This document shows, piece by piece, positions 39,076 through 49,673 of a stretch of DNA of 64,000 nucleotides. How positions within the stretch are numbered: the stretch's first letter is position 1; every line of letters begins with the position of its first letter. Both the position numbers and the translations under genes were made by a program. Origin of the DNA: Geopsychrobacteraceae bacterium (GTDB lineage: Bacteria > Desulfobacterota > Desulfuromonadia > Desulfuromonadales > Geopsychrobacteraceae); assembly GCA_963662315.1 (NCBI GenBank), contig OY759353.1:3968001-4032000 (forward strand), in the 5' to 3' direction. Under the pieces are notes generated by a model. That model ran no database searches, had not been told where the DNA came from, and was given only the letters and a program-made list of their open reading frames with translations.

Positions 39076-39829
39076 GGACGTCTTGTTGGCAGGGGTTGTT
39101 TTCTGTTGCTAAGCCGTGGGGGATGTCGTCACCATAGATATGGATCTGCTTCGTTTGACTTGCCAGGCCGGCATAGATTTCCTGAGCTGTTCCCGCAGCA
39201 ATTGTCGTGTCTCCTGTTGAGGCCAGGATAAGTGTGGGTGTGAAAATTTTTGAGAGTTCCTTTTTCAACTTCCATCGTAATCTATTAATCTGAACAACTC
39301 CTTTTAATGGACGTAGAGAGTAGTAAAAATCAAGCTCTTCTTTGGTTATGTTCTTTTTCTGATAATGAATAAAGCGGCTTAAAAAGGCGACATGCTCAGC
39401 CAGCCAATGACGTAATTTCAGGAACGGGGCGAGCAGGATAATCTTTTCGAGGTGGGTGTGACGGGCCAGGTCGAGGGTCAGTAGAGCGCCAGTGCTGATA
39501 CCGACAGCGCTGACTTTTAAGCCTTCTCTGGTCAGAGCGGAATAACCGGTGCGGATGGTTGCCTGCCAGTTTTCAACCAGCTGCTGAGCCAGATCGTCAG
39601 GGGTGGTGCCGTGGCCTGGCAGACGGGCACCATAAACAATAAACTGATGTTGATACAGAAGTTCTCCCAATGCTCGCATCTCACGCGGGGTGGAGCAGAA
39701 TCCGTGGACAAGAATGACGGCATGGCCATTGTGGTCGGGCGGGATAAGCAGAAACGGCATGTTTTCAAGGTGCGAGACGCCGCTTGCTTGTGCAAGCTCA
39801 GTTTCTTTAAGGAACCAGGAGGTATCCAT
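39014..39829 (-). CDS. Alpha/beta hydrolase (carboxylesterase)
   Basis: HGF, LPGHGT and GISTG nucleophile motif. Confidence 0.88.
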   Translation of the reverse strand: MDTSWFLKETELAQASGVSHLENMPFLLIPPDHNGHAVILVHGFCSTPREMRALGELLYQHQFIVYGARLPGHGTTPDDLAQQLVENWQATIRTGYSALTREGLKVSAVGISTGALLTLDLARHTHLEKIILLAPFLKLRHWLAEHVAFLSRFIHYQKKNITKEELDFYYSLRPLKGVVQINRLRWKLKKELSKIFTPTLILASTGDTTIAAGTAQEIYAGLASQTKQIHIYGDDIPHGLATENNPCQQDVLRRCLEFLSEELSQPVVPTD

Positions 39830-39885
39830 TGTCAGAAGGTCCTTTTCAGCGACGGGAAGAAGAGTAGCTTTAACTAAGGGTAAAC

Positions 39886-39919
39886 AAAAAAGGCCCCTGA
39901 AACAACAGGGGCCTTTTTT
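39886..39919 (-). terminator. Rho-independent terminator after the IclR gene
   Basis: AAAAAAGGCCCCTG-loop-CAGGGGCCTTTTTT. Confidence 0.85.
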
Positions 39920-39941
39920 GTTATATTGTTAAATGGCCAGC

Positions 39942-40724
39942 TTAAGCCGGGTAGCCGAGACGGGTCGACAGTTCCGTCGCAGATTGCTTAACCAGTGGTA
40001 CCAGTTCTTTATTAATGCGTTCATCGCTAACACGCATGGTCGGTCCAGAAATGCTGATGGCCCCGACAATACGTCTTGTGTAATCACGAATCGGGGCAGA
40101 AATACAGCGCACGCCAAGATCGAGTTCTTCGTCATCCAGAGCGTAACCCTGTTCGCGTACTTTGGCCAGTTCTTCGCGCATCGCTTCCGCGCTGGCAATC
40201 GTGGTTGGAGTGATCTGCGCAAATTTGGCTTTGCCTAATAGCTCTTCAAGTTCTTCCTCGGTCATGAAGGCCATATGGACTTTGCCGGCAGCAGTGCAAA
40301 TTGCTGGTAAGCGAGAACCGACGCGAGAGACCACGCGCACCGTGAGGTTGGTTTCGACTACGTCAAGATAAACAATGTAGTTGTCTTTGTAGATGGCGAC
40401 GTAGGAGGTCTCATTGCTTTCTTCGACCATTTTTTCAAGAATCGGTTTGGCTTGACGCAACAGGCCCATTTGCTTGATAAAAGTCTGGCCGAGCTCAAGG
40501 GCTTTCAGGCCGAGACGGTAGTTTTCAGTTGCCTTGTTCTGCTCAATGTAGCCACGGGATTCCAATGTCGCGAGCAGCCTGAAGACGTTATTTTTGTGCA
40601 ACTTGAGGCGTTTACTGAGCTCAGTTACACCAAGTTCGTCAATATCCCCGTGGAATTGCTCCAGCAGGTCGAGTGCGTGTGACACTGCCTGAATGATGTA
40701 TTCTGATTTATCTTTTTTAACCAT
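39942..40724 (-). CDS. IclR family regulator
   Basis: N-terminal HTH; CTAAGK and GYALDDEE...GVRCISAPI motifs. Confidence 0.95.
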   Translation of the reverse strand: MVKKDKSEYIIQAVSHALDLLEQFHGDIDELGVTELSKRLKLHKNNVFRLLATLESRGYIEQNKATENYRLGLKALELGQTFIKQMGLLRQAKPILEKMVEESNETSYVAIYKDNYIVYLDVVETNLTVRVVSRVGSRLPAICTAAGKVHMAFMTEEELEELLGKAKFAQITPTTIASAEAMREELAKVREQGYALDDEELDLGVRCISAPIRDYTRRIVGAISISGPTMRVSDERINKELVPLVKQSATELSTRLGYPA

Positions 40725-40903
40725 TTCTTTTCGATACCCTTCTGGATTATTTATTACTCATTATATTGACCGCCGATTCTAGCCTTGCCTGACGTTAGTG
40801 TCAAGCTCTATAGGCATGAATTCAGGCAAGAATATTCATTTTTTTAAGATTGTAGAATGATGTTCTAACTTTGACCGCAAAACATTTGCGCAAATTTGAT
40901 TAT

Positions 40904-42103
40904 TTATTCGTCTAGCGTCTTGATTACCTCGCGTAACACACTCGTAGCATAACTGCCTTTTGGCAGGGAGAACTCTAATGTAAGTGTTTCCGCTTCCGTT
41001 GTTGAGAGCCGTGCATCAAGGAGTGGAACACGCAATGGACGACGCTCACCGGGCATCGTCAGGCCACCGTCCAGTTGCCAGTTTTGCAGCGTGACGCCGC
41101 ACTCCTGCAGGCACAACTGTTCTCGTTGACCCGGAGCGCCTTCAGCCAACAAGACCTTGGTCCCGAACAGAGGAGCCGTAGGGCTGATTTCGAAGCGGTC
41201 ACAGCGTGGTTGTTCTGCCTCAGCATCCGTAACACGAAAACAGGCACCGTTGAGGTGCTTAAAGGCAATATCTCCCACTTCAATGGTGGTGAGGGTCGTC
41301 AGTCTGTGAGAGACGAACTGATCAAAAATCCTTGATTGAGCCGCTGACAAAAACAGTCGCAATAAAGATTTGGGCAGGCCGTGAACTGCCTGTTTAAATG
41401 ATTTATGGTTAACCAGAGCCTTTAGTAGACGATGTTCATCACGCATACGGCGTGGCAGATGCTCAAGGGCCTGGGCCCAGTTTGCCTGTTGATATGCCGT
41501 TGCCGCCAGTTTCCAATCGGCATTTCTGATTGCTGCCGGATCACCCATCAATTCTGCACAGAATAATTCGTAATCCCCTCGCAGCAGTAGCAAGCCTAGT
41601 TGACCTGAATTACCAAGGACGCCGTAGCGCTGTTCGCCAAACAAGTTGGGAACACCCTGGCTTTGCAACTGCTCAAGAATCGGTGTCGCCCTTGACGCAG
41701 CCTCAGGGTGAACCTGTCGCAGAGTAATTTTAAACCGGTTGCCAGCCAGATGGCCGAGTCTGAGTTTGTTGGTATGCAATTGGGCGCGGACAATTCTGGC
41801 TTTATACAGTTCCAGTTTGTCAATGCTTCGCGCGTTGGTCACGGGAATAGAGATCATTTGCCTGGTTAGCGCGTTGGCATCTTTCAGCCCGGCATAGCCT
41901 ATATCCCGTTCCTTAATGTTCAATTCCTTCTGTAGTTGGTCGATGACCCCGCGGGTGGAAATGCCGGACTTTTCAATCCACAGGTAGAGGTGTTCACCAC
42001 TACCGCATGGGGCATACAAGGGAATCTCATCAACCTGAAAATCTTCCGGCGTCGTTTTGTACTGACCACCGGTGCCGGGCAGCTGTTCTGTCAGCCAGTT
42101 CAT
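40904..42103 (-). CDS. truD: tRNA pseudouridine(13) synthase
   Basis: PEDFQVDE, YAGLKD, GNRF, PN.FG.QR.G and LPKGSYAT motifs. Confidence 0.95.
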   Translation of the reverse strand: MNWLTEQLPGTGGQYKTTPEDFQVDEIPLYAPCGSGEHLYLWIEKSGISTRGVIDQLQKELNIKERDIGYAGLKDANALTRQMISIPVTNARSIDKLELYKARIVRAQLHTNKLRLGHLAGNRFKITLRQVHPEAASRATPILEQLQSQGVPNLFGEQRYGVLGNSGQLGLLLLRGDYELFCAELMGDPAAIRNADWKLAATAYQQANWAQALEHLPRRMRDEHRLLKALVNHKSFKQAVHGLPKSLLRLFLSAAQSRIFDQFVSHRLTTLTTIEVGDIAFKHLNGACFRVTDAEAEQPRCDRFEISPTAPLFGTKVLLAEGAPGQREQLCLQECGVTLQNWQLDGGLTMPGERRPLRVPLLDARLSTTEAETLTLEFSLPKGSYATSVLREVIKTLDE

Positions 42104-42792
42104 TCGTCGTCCCTACCAGACCAGCGCAGTCGGTACCCTTTGTTCACATCCGGGCGGGGAAGGGTCACACCGGTTTTTTTGCGGTAGCGGCACAGATAAA
42201 TAGGTTGACCAAGGTCGAGGAAGCGCTTCATGTACTTTGAAATCGGATAGCCGCTTAAATCGTGACTATAGGGTGTTTCATGACGATTCAGCAAACGCGC
42301 ATCCGCAGCCAGAAGTTCCCCGGCCGCTTGACCATAATCGGTAAAGTCGGTAGCAAAGTTCAACTGGCCGTTATCCTGTAGGCAGTAGAGGGCCAGATCA
42401 ACAAATTCAGCATTCAGAAGGCGCCGTTTGCGTTGTTTTTTCTTCGGCCATGGATCAGGACAATTGATATAAATAGCGGCCAGACTTCCGGCCGGTAGGT
42501 AATGATACATAAGGTAGCGGGCTTCCATCCTCAGCATCAGAATGTTCTGGAGTCCCGAGCTTTCAATGCGACAACAGGTCTGCCTGCATCCCTGGTTGAA
42601 GATGTCGATGGCAATGAAGTTCCATTCCGGATGCCGTTCGGCGACTTGAACGATAAAGTCCCCAATACCACAGCCAATTTCAAGGGCCAGTAGTTTGTCA
42701 TTGCCAAACAGGGCCTGAAAGCTGCCAGCCTTTTTAAGTCGTGCTTCAGGAACGAAAAACGGAGAATTGATAAGGGTCATTCTTTGTGTCAT
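42100..42792 (-). CDS. trmB: tRNA (guanine-N7)-methyltransferase
   Basis: LEIGCGIG, PDPWPKK and ATD motifs. Confidence 0.93.
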   Translation of the reverse strand: MTQRMTLINSPFFVPEARLKKAGSFQALFGNDKLLALEIGCGIGDFIVQVAERHPEWNFIAIDIFNQGCRQTCCRIESSGLQNILMLRMEARYLMYHYLPAGSLAAIYINCPDPWPKKKQRKRRLLNAEFVDLALYCLQDNGQLNFATDFTDYGQAAGELLAADARLLNRHETPYSHDLSGYPISKYMKRFLDLGQPIYLCRYRKKTGVTLPRPDVNKGYRLRWSGRDDE

Positions 42793-42803
42793 GATTTTGT
42801 CTT

Positions 42804-43151
42804 CTAGCGGAGTTGATACAGATAGTTACTGATAATTTCCAGGTCTTCTGTGTTGACAGATTTATAATCGGGCATATATTTCTCGCGAATGGAGGCCGGA
42901 GCGATTAATAGTGCCTGGATTCGGGCTGCGGTCATGCGACTGCCTATCTGGGTCAGATCCGGACCAAGAGCACTGCCGTCGCCTTGAATGATGTGGCACC
43001 CCTTACAACCGAGGGTATGAATCAGGTTAAGTCCTTGTGGTTCCTGGTTTGTCCCGGCGGCCGGAACTGTTACTGGAACCATAAACGTTAACAATGTGAT
43101 AAATATAATTTTTCTGATGCGTATCATCGGTCTGTTTGGCGAGTAGGTCAA
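42804..43151 (-). CDS. Monoheme cytochrome c
   Basis: Signal peptide, CKGCH, GPDL and distal MP; start uncertain. Confidence 0.88.
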   Translation of the reverse strand: MTYSPNRPMIRIRKIIFITLLTFMVPVTVPAAGTNQEPQGLNLIHTLGCKGCHIIQGDGSALGPDLTQIGSRMTAARIQALLIAPASIREKYMPDYKSVNTEDLEIISNYLYQLR

Positions 43152-43282
43152 TTTTTTGCAACTTTAACTGGAGATGAAAATCATTGCAATCGATTCCGTT
43201 ATCCATCCTGTGAGTAAAAAGGTTGCAATCGCCAAAATCAGAGCTTAAGCTTGGCGTAAACAATTGGAAGGACACATATTTT

Positions 43283-44434
43283 ATGCATATACCGATATCA
43301 AAAAAAGCTCGCGAAGTGAAGCCTTTCCTTGCCATGGAAGTCATGGAGAGAGCGAAAGAGCTTGAGGCTGACGGGCGGGATGTTATTTACCTGTGTATAG
43401 GTGAACCTGATTTTATGACACCACCGGCGATTTTGGCAGCAACTGGACAGGCGCTGGCGGATGGCGCAACGTCGTATACCCACTCTTTGGGCTTGCTCGA
43501 ACTCAGGCAGGAGATTTGTTATTATTACCTGAACCACTACGGGGTCGAAATTGTCCCGGAGCAGGTTGTGGTGTCCTCCGGGACCAGCCCATTGATGCTG
43601 TTGCTATTTTCAGCCCTTCTTGAACAGGGGGATGAGCTGATCCTGACTGACCCGGGCTATGCCTGTTACACTGGTTTTGTCAGTTTCTCCGGGGGACAGC
43701 CGGTGCTATTGAGAACTGATGCGGAGAACGGTTTTCAGCCACGTCCAGAGCAGGTCCGGGCGTTGATGACAGATCGCAGTCGGGCTTTATTGATCAACTC
43801 ACCCTCCAATCCGGCTGGTTCGGTATTGTCAGGTGCCGAGATGGCTGCTTTGGCAGAATTGCCGATTCCAATTATTTCCGATGAAATTTACCACGGTTTA
43901 ACCTATGAGGGCGAGGAACGCAGTATTCTGGAATTTACCAAAGATGCTTTCGTGTTGGGTGGTTTCTCCAAGGCTTATGCCATGACCGGCTGGCGGCTTG
44001 GTTACCTGATCGCGCCGATGTCATGTATGCGTACCCTGCAGTCGTTGCACCAGAACTTTATGATCTGTGCCAATCATTTTGTGCAACGGGCCGGCATCAG
44101 CGCATTACGTGAGTGTCAGGATGACGTTGCCCAAATGCGTGACGTGTATAATGAACGACGGAAAGAGATGATTGCGCGGTTGCGCCAGCTTGGTCTGGGT
44201 GTACATTTTGAGCCGAAGGGTGCGTTTTATGTACTGGCCGATGCGCGGCATATCGATCATGATTCATTGCGGCTGGCCAAAGATATTCTTGAAAACACCG
44301 GAGTTGCCGTAACTCCGGGGATCGATTTCGGCGCTGGTGCAGAAGGCTTTCTGCGTTTTTCATATACGCGTCCGGTGAACGAAATAATTATCGCTCTCGA
44401 GCGGATAGGGGCTTATCTGCAACGTCGCCAATAA
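43283..44434 (+). CDS. Class I PLP-dependent aminotransferase
   Basis: IGEPDF, NSPSNP.G, SDEIY and GFSKAYAMTGWRLG motifs. Confidence 0.93.
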   Translation: MHIPISKKAREVKPFLAMEVMERAKELEADGRDVIYLCIGEPDFMTPPAILAATGQALADGATSYTHSLGLLELRQEICYYYLNHYGVEIVPEQVVVSSGTSPLMLLLFSALLEQGDELILTDPGYACYTGFVSFSGGQPVLLRTDAENGFQPRPEQVRALMTDRSRALLINSPSNPAGSVLSGAEMAALAELPIPIISDEIYHGLTYEGEERSILEFTKDAFVLGGFSKAYAMTGWRLGYLIAPMSCMRTLQSLHQNFMICANHFVQRAGISALRECQDDVAQMRDVYNERRKEMIARLRQLGLGVHFEPKGAFYVLADARHIDHDSLRLAKDILENTGVAVTPGIDFGAGAEGFLRFSYTRPVNEIIIALERIGAYLQRRQ

Positions 44435-44521
44435 GGACATATTGAACCGGATGTTGAAAAGCTGCCTGCTGAGCCCATTGGTGGGTGACTACGAAGAATA
44501 CGGTAACCAAGGAGATATAAC

Positions 44522-45529
44522 ATGCTGATCGTCATGGATTCCCAGGCAACATCCCGGCAAATTGACGCGGTAATTGCTGCTGTAGAGGCGTTAGGGTTAC
44601 GAGCAGAACCGATTCCGGGGAGTTTAAGAACGGCGATCGGTGTTTTGGGGAATCAGGGCTATGTCGATGACGAGACGATCCGTAATCTGCCGGGAGTGCG
44701 TGAAACAATTCATGTCAGTAAGCCATATAAAATGGCTTCGCGTGATTTTCACCCTGATGCTTCCGTGGTCAAGGTTGCCGGGGTGGCCTTTGGCGATGGT
44801 CAGCGGCCCCTGACCATCGCAGGTCCCTGCTCCATTGAAAGTGAAGCGCAGATTATGCTCGCTGCGCAGCAGGTCAAGGAGGCTGGGGCAGGTTTGTTGC
44901 GTGGTGGAGCCTTTAAACCACGGACAGGTCCCCATTCCTTCCAGGGCATGGGGCCTGATGGTCTGCGCCTGTTGCAACAGGCTGGGCAGGCCTACAACTT
45001 ACCGGTTGTTACTGAAGTTATGCGGATTGAGCAACTGGACACGGTTTGCCGCTATGCCGACATGCTGCAGATTGGCGCACGTAACATGCAGAATTTTGAT
45101 CTGCTTAAAGAGGTTGGCCAGACTGGCCACCCGGTGCTGCTTAAGCGTGGCATGAGTGCGACTCTTGAAGAATTCCTGGCTGCTGCTGAATATATTCTGG
45201 CAGAAGGAAACCCGCATGTGGTGCTCTGTGAAAGAGGGATTCGTACCTTTGAAAAGGCAACCCGTAACACTCTTGATCTCTCCGCAGTTCCCCTGATTCG
45301 GGAACTGAGTCACCTGCCAATTATCGTTGATCCCAGTCATGCTACCGGTAAGCGCAGTCTCGTGCCGGTGATGGCTAAGGCCGCCCTGGTCTCCGGAGCG
45401 CACGGCCTGATGATTGAAGTTCATCCCGACCCGGCCCATGCTTTAAGTGATGGTGCCCAAAGTCTGTCAGGGGCAGATTTCTCGGCGCTGATGACGGAGT
45501 TAAATGCTCTTATCGATTTCCTCTACTGA
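44522..45529 (+). CDS. aroF: DAHP synthase (type I-beta)
   Basis: IAGPCSIE, GGAFKPRT, QIGARNMQNF and DPSH motifs. Confidence 0.95.
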   Translation: MLIVMDSQATSRQIDAVIAAVEALGLRAEPIPGSLRTAIGVLGNQGYVDDETIRNLPGVRETIHVSKPYKMASRDFHPDASVVKVAGVAFGDGQRPLTIAGPCSIESEAQIMLAAQQVKEAGAGLLRGGAFKPRTGPHSFQGMGPDGLRLLQQAGQAYNLPVVTEVMRIEQLDTVCRYADMLQIGARNMQNFDLLKEVGQTGHPVLLKRGMSATLEEFLAAAEYILAEGNPHVVLCERGIRTFEKATRNTLDLSAVPLIRELSHLPIIVDPSHATGKRSLVPVMAKAALVSGAHGLMIEVHPDPAHALSDGAQSLSGADFSALMTELNALIDFLY

Positions 45530-45602
45530 TTATCCCTGCCGCTTAAACCCTTACTGGATTGCTTTTTTACCTGGCTGGAGGAATTTTTCGAGAGCCTCTT
45601 TT

Positions 45603-47093
45603 TCAGGCAGACAGGAGCCTGAAAATATCTTCATCGGAGGCCGCATGGCTGAGCAGCTCGTGACAATTATCCCCTGACTCCATCAACTTTTTCAGTTTTG
45701 AGGCCAGTGTGGTGTCGCCGACCAGAATACTTCCTTTTAAGCGATCATCACGGAATACCAGCAGCCCATATTGTTCTGGTGCCATGATTTCGTAGCATTT
45801 ATAACTGGCATCAGTCGGTTGGACCAGCCCCATACTGATCATATCAACATCAAGAACTTTCAGGGTATGGCTGCGGGGGATGCCACCAAACTGGCTGTTA
45901 CCGCCAGCGGCATTCATGCCGGCAATGGTTCCCTGAAACTGGGCCGGAGCCCAGGTTCCGTAGGCAATGGACTGGTATTCGGCCAGATCACCGGCGGCGT
46001 AGATGTCGCTGCAGGAGGTTTGCAACCGGGAATCGACGACCACCCCTTCTTTAACGGAGAGTCCGGCCAGGCGGGGCAGATAGCTATTGGTCCGCACCCC
46101 GGCTGTAATGATCACCAGGTCGGCAGCGATGACCTGACCTGATTCAAGCACCACGCTGCGTAGCACTTCATCACCATCGAACTGCTTGATACGGGCGTCG
46201 GTCACCAGCTCGATCCCCAGATCCGTGGCGGATTTCTCCAGATAAGAGCTGGCTCTGGCGTTGAGCTGGCGTGGCAGTAACCGGGAAAACCCCTCAAGCA
46301 GGCTGACTCTGGCTTTCCCCCGGGCCAGGGCTGCAGCCGTTTCGAGACCGAGAACCCCGCCGCCAACAACAACGCAACGGCTCCCTGGGGCGCAGAGCCT
46401 GAGGATCTGGTCAGCATCCTTTTTGGTCCGCAGGGTCACAATATTCTGCCGATTGGCACCGGCAATCGGAGGGACAAAGGGGTGTGCCCCCATGGCCAGG
46501 ATCAGGCGGTCATAGGTAAGGGGAGCACTCCCCTTGATTTCAATCTGTTTGCGCTCCGGAGTTATGGCGGTGACTTCCGCTCCAAGGCGGATACCGATAT
46601 CATGCTCGCGGTACCAGCTTTCCGGATGGACCGGTAAAGCTTCTGCAGGGATCTCTTTAGCCAGGTAACGCGTCAAATTAAGACGGTAATAGGGGAGCTC
46701 CTCTTCACGTGTCAATAAAAGGATGGTTGCCTGAGGGGCTGTTACACGCGCCGATTCTGCCGCGGATAAACCGGCGATGCCGGCGCCGATAATCACGATA
46801 GTTCCTGTCTCAGCGTTGGTCGTTAGCTGACCGGAACTGCTTATGATCGCTTCAAAACGATCCGGACCGACGGCACAGATGGGGCAGGTCTCCGGAGGCT
46901 GGGCACCGGTGTGAATATATTCACAGTTGATGCACCGCCACTGTTCGGGGGGCGCTGGTTCGGCCTGGTCATGGGAAGCTTCCATTGCCTCAAAGTGTTT
47001 CGAGTCCGCACCACAGATCGGGCAAGATCCTGCCGGTTGGTCCCCTTCATGCACATATCCGCAAACAACGCATAACCAGCTTTTTGCTGCCAT
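45603..47093 (-). CDS. FAD/NADH oxidoreductase with two N-terminal rubredoxin-like domains
   Basis: W.CVVCGY..CPIC and W.CINCEY..CPIC, then GAGIAG, GGGVLGLE and YAAGD. Confidence 0.88.
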   Translation of the reverse strand: MAAKSWLCVVCGYVHEGDQPAGSCPICGADSKHFEAMEASHDQAEPAPPEQWRCINCEYIHTGAQPPETCPICAVGPDRFEAIISSSGQLTTNAETGTIVIIGAGIAGLSAAESARVTAPQATILLLTREEELPYYRLNLTRYLAKEIPAEALPVHPESWYREHDIGIRLGAEVTAITPERKQIEIKGSAPLTYDRLILAMGAHPFVPPIAGANRQNIVTLRTKKDADQILRLCAPGSRCVVVGGGVLGLETAAALARGKARVSLLEGFSRLLPRQLNARASSYLEKSATDLGIELVTDARIKQFDGDEVLRSVVLESGQVIAADLVIITAGVRTNSYLPRLAGLSVKEGVVVDSRLQTSCSDIYAAGDLAEYQSIAYGTWAPAQFQGTIAGMNAAGGNSQFGGIPRSHTLKVLDVDMISMGLVQPTDASYKCYEIMAPEQYGLLVFRDDRLKGSILVGDTTLASKLKKLMESGDNCHELLSHAASDEDIFRLLSA

Positions 47094-47312
47094 GGTTTCT
47101 CCTTTGGCCATGAATGTTAACGTGATAAACACCTACAGCATTAAATGTTGGAATAGTAACAGAGGCAAGTCTGCTGTCAAAGCAGTAACCTGTGCAGTAA
47201 CGATCCTGCGAAGAAAAATCTTATGTTGATGAGAATGATTGACGGATGCCCTTTGGTAGGTGATATGTTACAAAAGACTGCGCTTCCCAGTAGCTCGTGA
47301 AGGATTGAATTC

Positions 47313-49508
47313 GTGCCCGATCAGATCGTAGATATAGCTGTTAACGCCCCCCTGAAGCAACTTTTCTCCTATTGTATCAGCAATGAACAAGCCGCTTTGG
47401 CACAAGTTGGTATGCGGGTTAGAGTGCCGTTTGGTAGGCGTAACGCTGTTGGTTTTATCATCCGTATTCATAGTGGGGATGCGACCGGCCTGAAACCTGT
47501 CACTGCTCTACTGGATAGTGAGCTGCTGATTCCGGAAGGTTTACTTAAGCTGCTGCGCTGGGCTGCTGATTATTATCTGCATCCGCTTGGTCAGGTCATT
47601 CGTAATGCTTTGCCGGCCGGTCTAGGCAGTGAAAAACATGCACCGACGATCCTGACCGAGACGGTCTATGAGGCTCTTGCCCATGATGTTCCGTTACGTG
47701 GCAAGAAGCAGCAGGAAATATTTACTTTTATTCAAGCGCATGGAGCCGTGCTCCTCTCCCAATTGCGTGATCAGTTTCCCGATCCTCACAGCGTTGTCAA
47801 CCGCCTGGTTGAACTCGGTTGTCTCAAAGGTCAAGAGCAAGAACGGATCCGTGATCCGTTCTTGCTTCAGCAGGTTGATCCTGATGTTCCTCCGCAGCTC
47901 AACGCTGCCCAGCAGGAAGCGGTTAACCAGCTGATCAGCGTCCTTGAACTCAAACAGTTCCGTGGTTATCTGTTACATGGGGTCACCGGCAGTGGTAAAA
48001 CCGAAGTGTATTTGCATGCGGTCAGTCATTGCCTGAAATTGCAACAACAGGCCCTGATCCTGGTTCCGGAAATTTCTCTGACGCCGCAATTGGTGGCCCG
48101 CTTCCGGGCTCGTTTTGAAGCGTCCGGAATCACGATTGTTGCTCTGCACAGTGGCATGTCAGATGGTGAACGTTACGATGCCTGGCGCCGGATTGCCCGC
48201 AAACAGGTGCAGATCGTCATTGGTGCCCGCTCCGCTATTTTTGCACCACTGCAGCAATTAGGTCTGATTATCGTCGATGAAGAGCATGACAGCAGCTATA
48301 AACAGGGGGAGGGCTTCCGTTACAATGCGCGGGATCTTGCCCTGATCCGGGGACAACAGCAACAATGTCCGGTTTTGCTCGGTAGCGCGACGCCGAGCCT
48401 GGGTAGCTATTATCGCAGTCAGAATAGCGCCCTGACATTGCTGTCGTTACCAGGGCGGGTGCACGATGGTCTTTTGCCCCAGGTAAAACTGATCGATCTG
48501 AAAGAAGAAAATCCGGGAGAAGGTGCATTAGCCCCCAGTTTAATTGAAGCGCTTCAGCAGGCTCTGGAGTCGCGTGAGCAATCGTTATTGCTGCTTAACC
48601 GCCGGGGTTTTTCACCTTTTTTGCTCTGTCCTGATTGCGGTAGCAGTTTTCATTGTCCCAATTGTGATATCACCCTGACTTACCATCAGCGTGATCACCA
48701 GCTACGCTGTCATTATTGTGATTATGGCGACAAGGTTCCTGATCTCTGTCCGCACTGCCAGGGGGGGAATCTTACACCGCAAGGGGCTGGCACGGAACGC
48801 CTGGAACAGGAACTTGCTGAGTTGTTTCCGGGGGCACGTATCAGTCGGATGGATCGCGATACCACGAGCCGCAAAGGCGCTCATGATAAGATTATCCGCG
48901 GCATGATGGCTGGTGAGATTGATATCCTGGTTGGCACCCAGATGATCGCCAAAGGGCACGATTTTCCCAGGGTCACCACGGTGGGGGTGCTGGGAGCCGA
49001 CAGTGTCCTGAATTTTCCCGATTTTCGCTCGGCGGAGCGCAGTTTTTCCCTGTTGACTCAGGTTGCCGGGCGGGCAGGACGGGAAAAAGGGGGCGGGAAA
49101 GTGTATATTCAGACCTACAATCCGGAACATTATGCGCTGACCTGCGCGATTCAGCATGACTATCTGGCCTTTTACGAACAGGAGGTGCCGTTCCGCCAGG
49201 AATTGGCCTACCCGCCCTGTGGTTACCTTGCTAATCTGGTGCTGTCTGGTAATATCTGCAACCAAGTGCAGACCACAGCTGATGAACTTAGCAGATATCT
49301 GCTACAGCAGAATACGGCGGTTGAAATCCTGGGGCCCAGTCCGTGTCCGTTGCCACGTCTGCGTGGCAAGAACCGTTTTCAGTTGCTGTTGAAAGCGGCT
49401 CAGCGGCCGGCGTTACATCGCTTGTTGGCGAGTCTGGAAGGTTTCCAGAAAAGAATGCCCAAACAGGTGACATTGGCGATTGATGTTGATCCGTTGGATA
49501 TGTTGTAA
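47313..49508 (+). CDS. priA: Primosomal protein N'
   Basis: GVTGSGKTEVY, DEEH, Cys-rich region and GTQMIAKG.DF. Confidence 0.97.
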   Translation: MPDQIVDIAVNAPLKQLFSYCISNEQAALAQVGMRVRVPFGRRNAVGFIIRIHSGDATGLKPVTALLDSELLIPEGLLKLLRWAADYYLHPLGQVIRNALPAGLGSEKHAPTILTETVYEALAHDVPLRGKKQQEIFTFIQAHGAVLLSQLRDQFPDPHSVVNRLVELGCLKGQEQERIRDPFLLQQVDPDVPPQLNAAQQEAVNQLISVLELKQFRGYLLHGVTGSGKTEVYLHAVSHCLKLQQQALILVPEISLTPQLVARFRARFEASGITIVALHSGMSDGERYDAWRRIARKQVQIVIGARSAIFAPLQQLGLIIVDEEHDSSYKQGEGFRYNARDLALIRGQQQQCPVLLGSATPSLGSYYRSQNSALTLLSLPGRVHDGLLPQVKLIDLKEENPGEGALAPSLIEALQQALESREQSLLLLNRRGFSPFLLCPDCGSSFHCPNCDITLTYHQRDHQLRCHYCDYGDKVPDLCPHCQGGNLTPQGAGTERLEQELAELFPGARISRMDRDTTSRKGAHDKIIRGMMAGEIDILVGTQMIAKGHDFPRVTTVGVLGADSVLNFPDFRSAERSFSLLTQVAGRAGREKGGGKVYIQTYNPEHYALTCAIQHDYLAFYEQEVPFRQELAYPPCGYLANLVLSGNICNQVQTTADELSRYLLQQNTAVEILGPSPCPLPRLRGKNRFQLLLKAAQRPALHRLLASLEGFQKRMPKQVTLAIDVDPLDML

Positions 49509-49673
49509 TCTGTTTCTGTCCGGAAACGGCCCTTGCAAGTAATCTCTGTGTTAGACTGCGCCTTTACTCTTGCGAAAAATTGCTCGTTTCCGAATCAGAA
49601 ACTGTGTGGGAGTGACTTACTGTTTTCGGCAGGAAATGGTCTTGACAATAGAGAAACATATCGGGATGGCACC

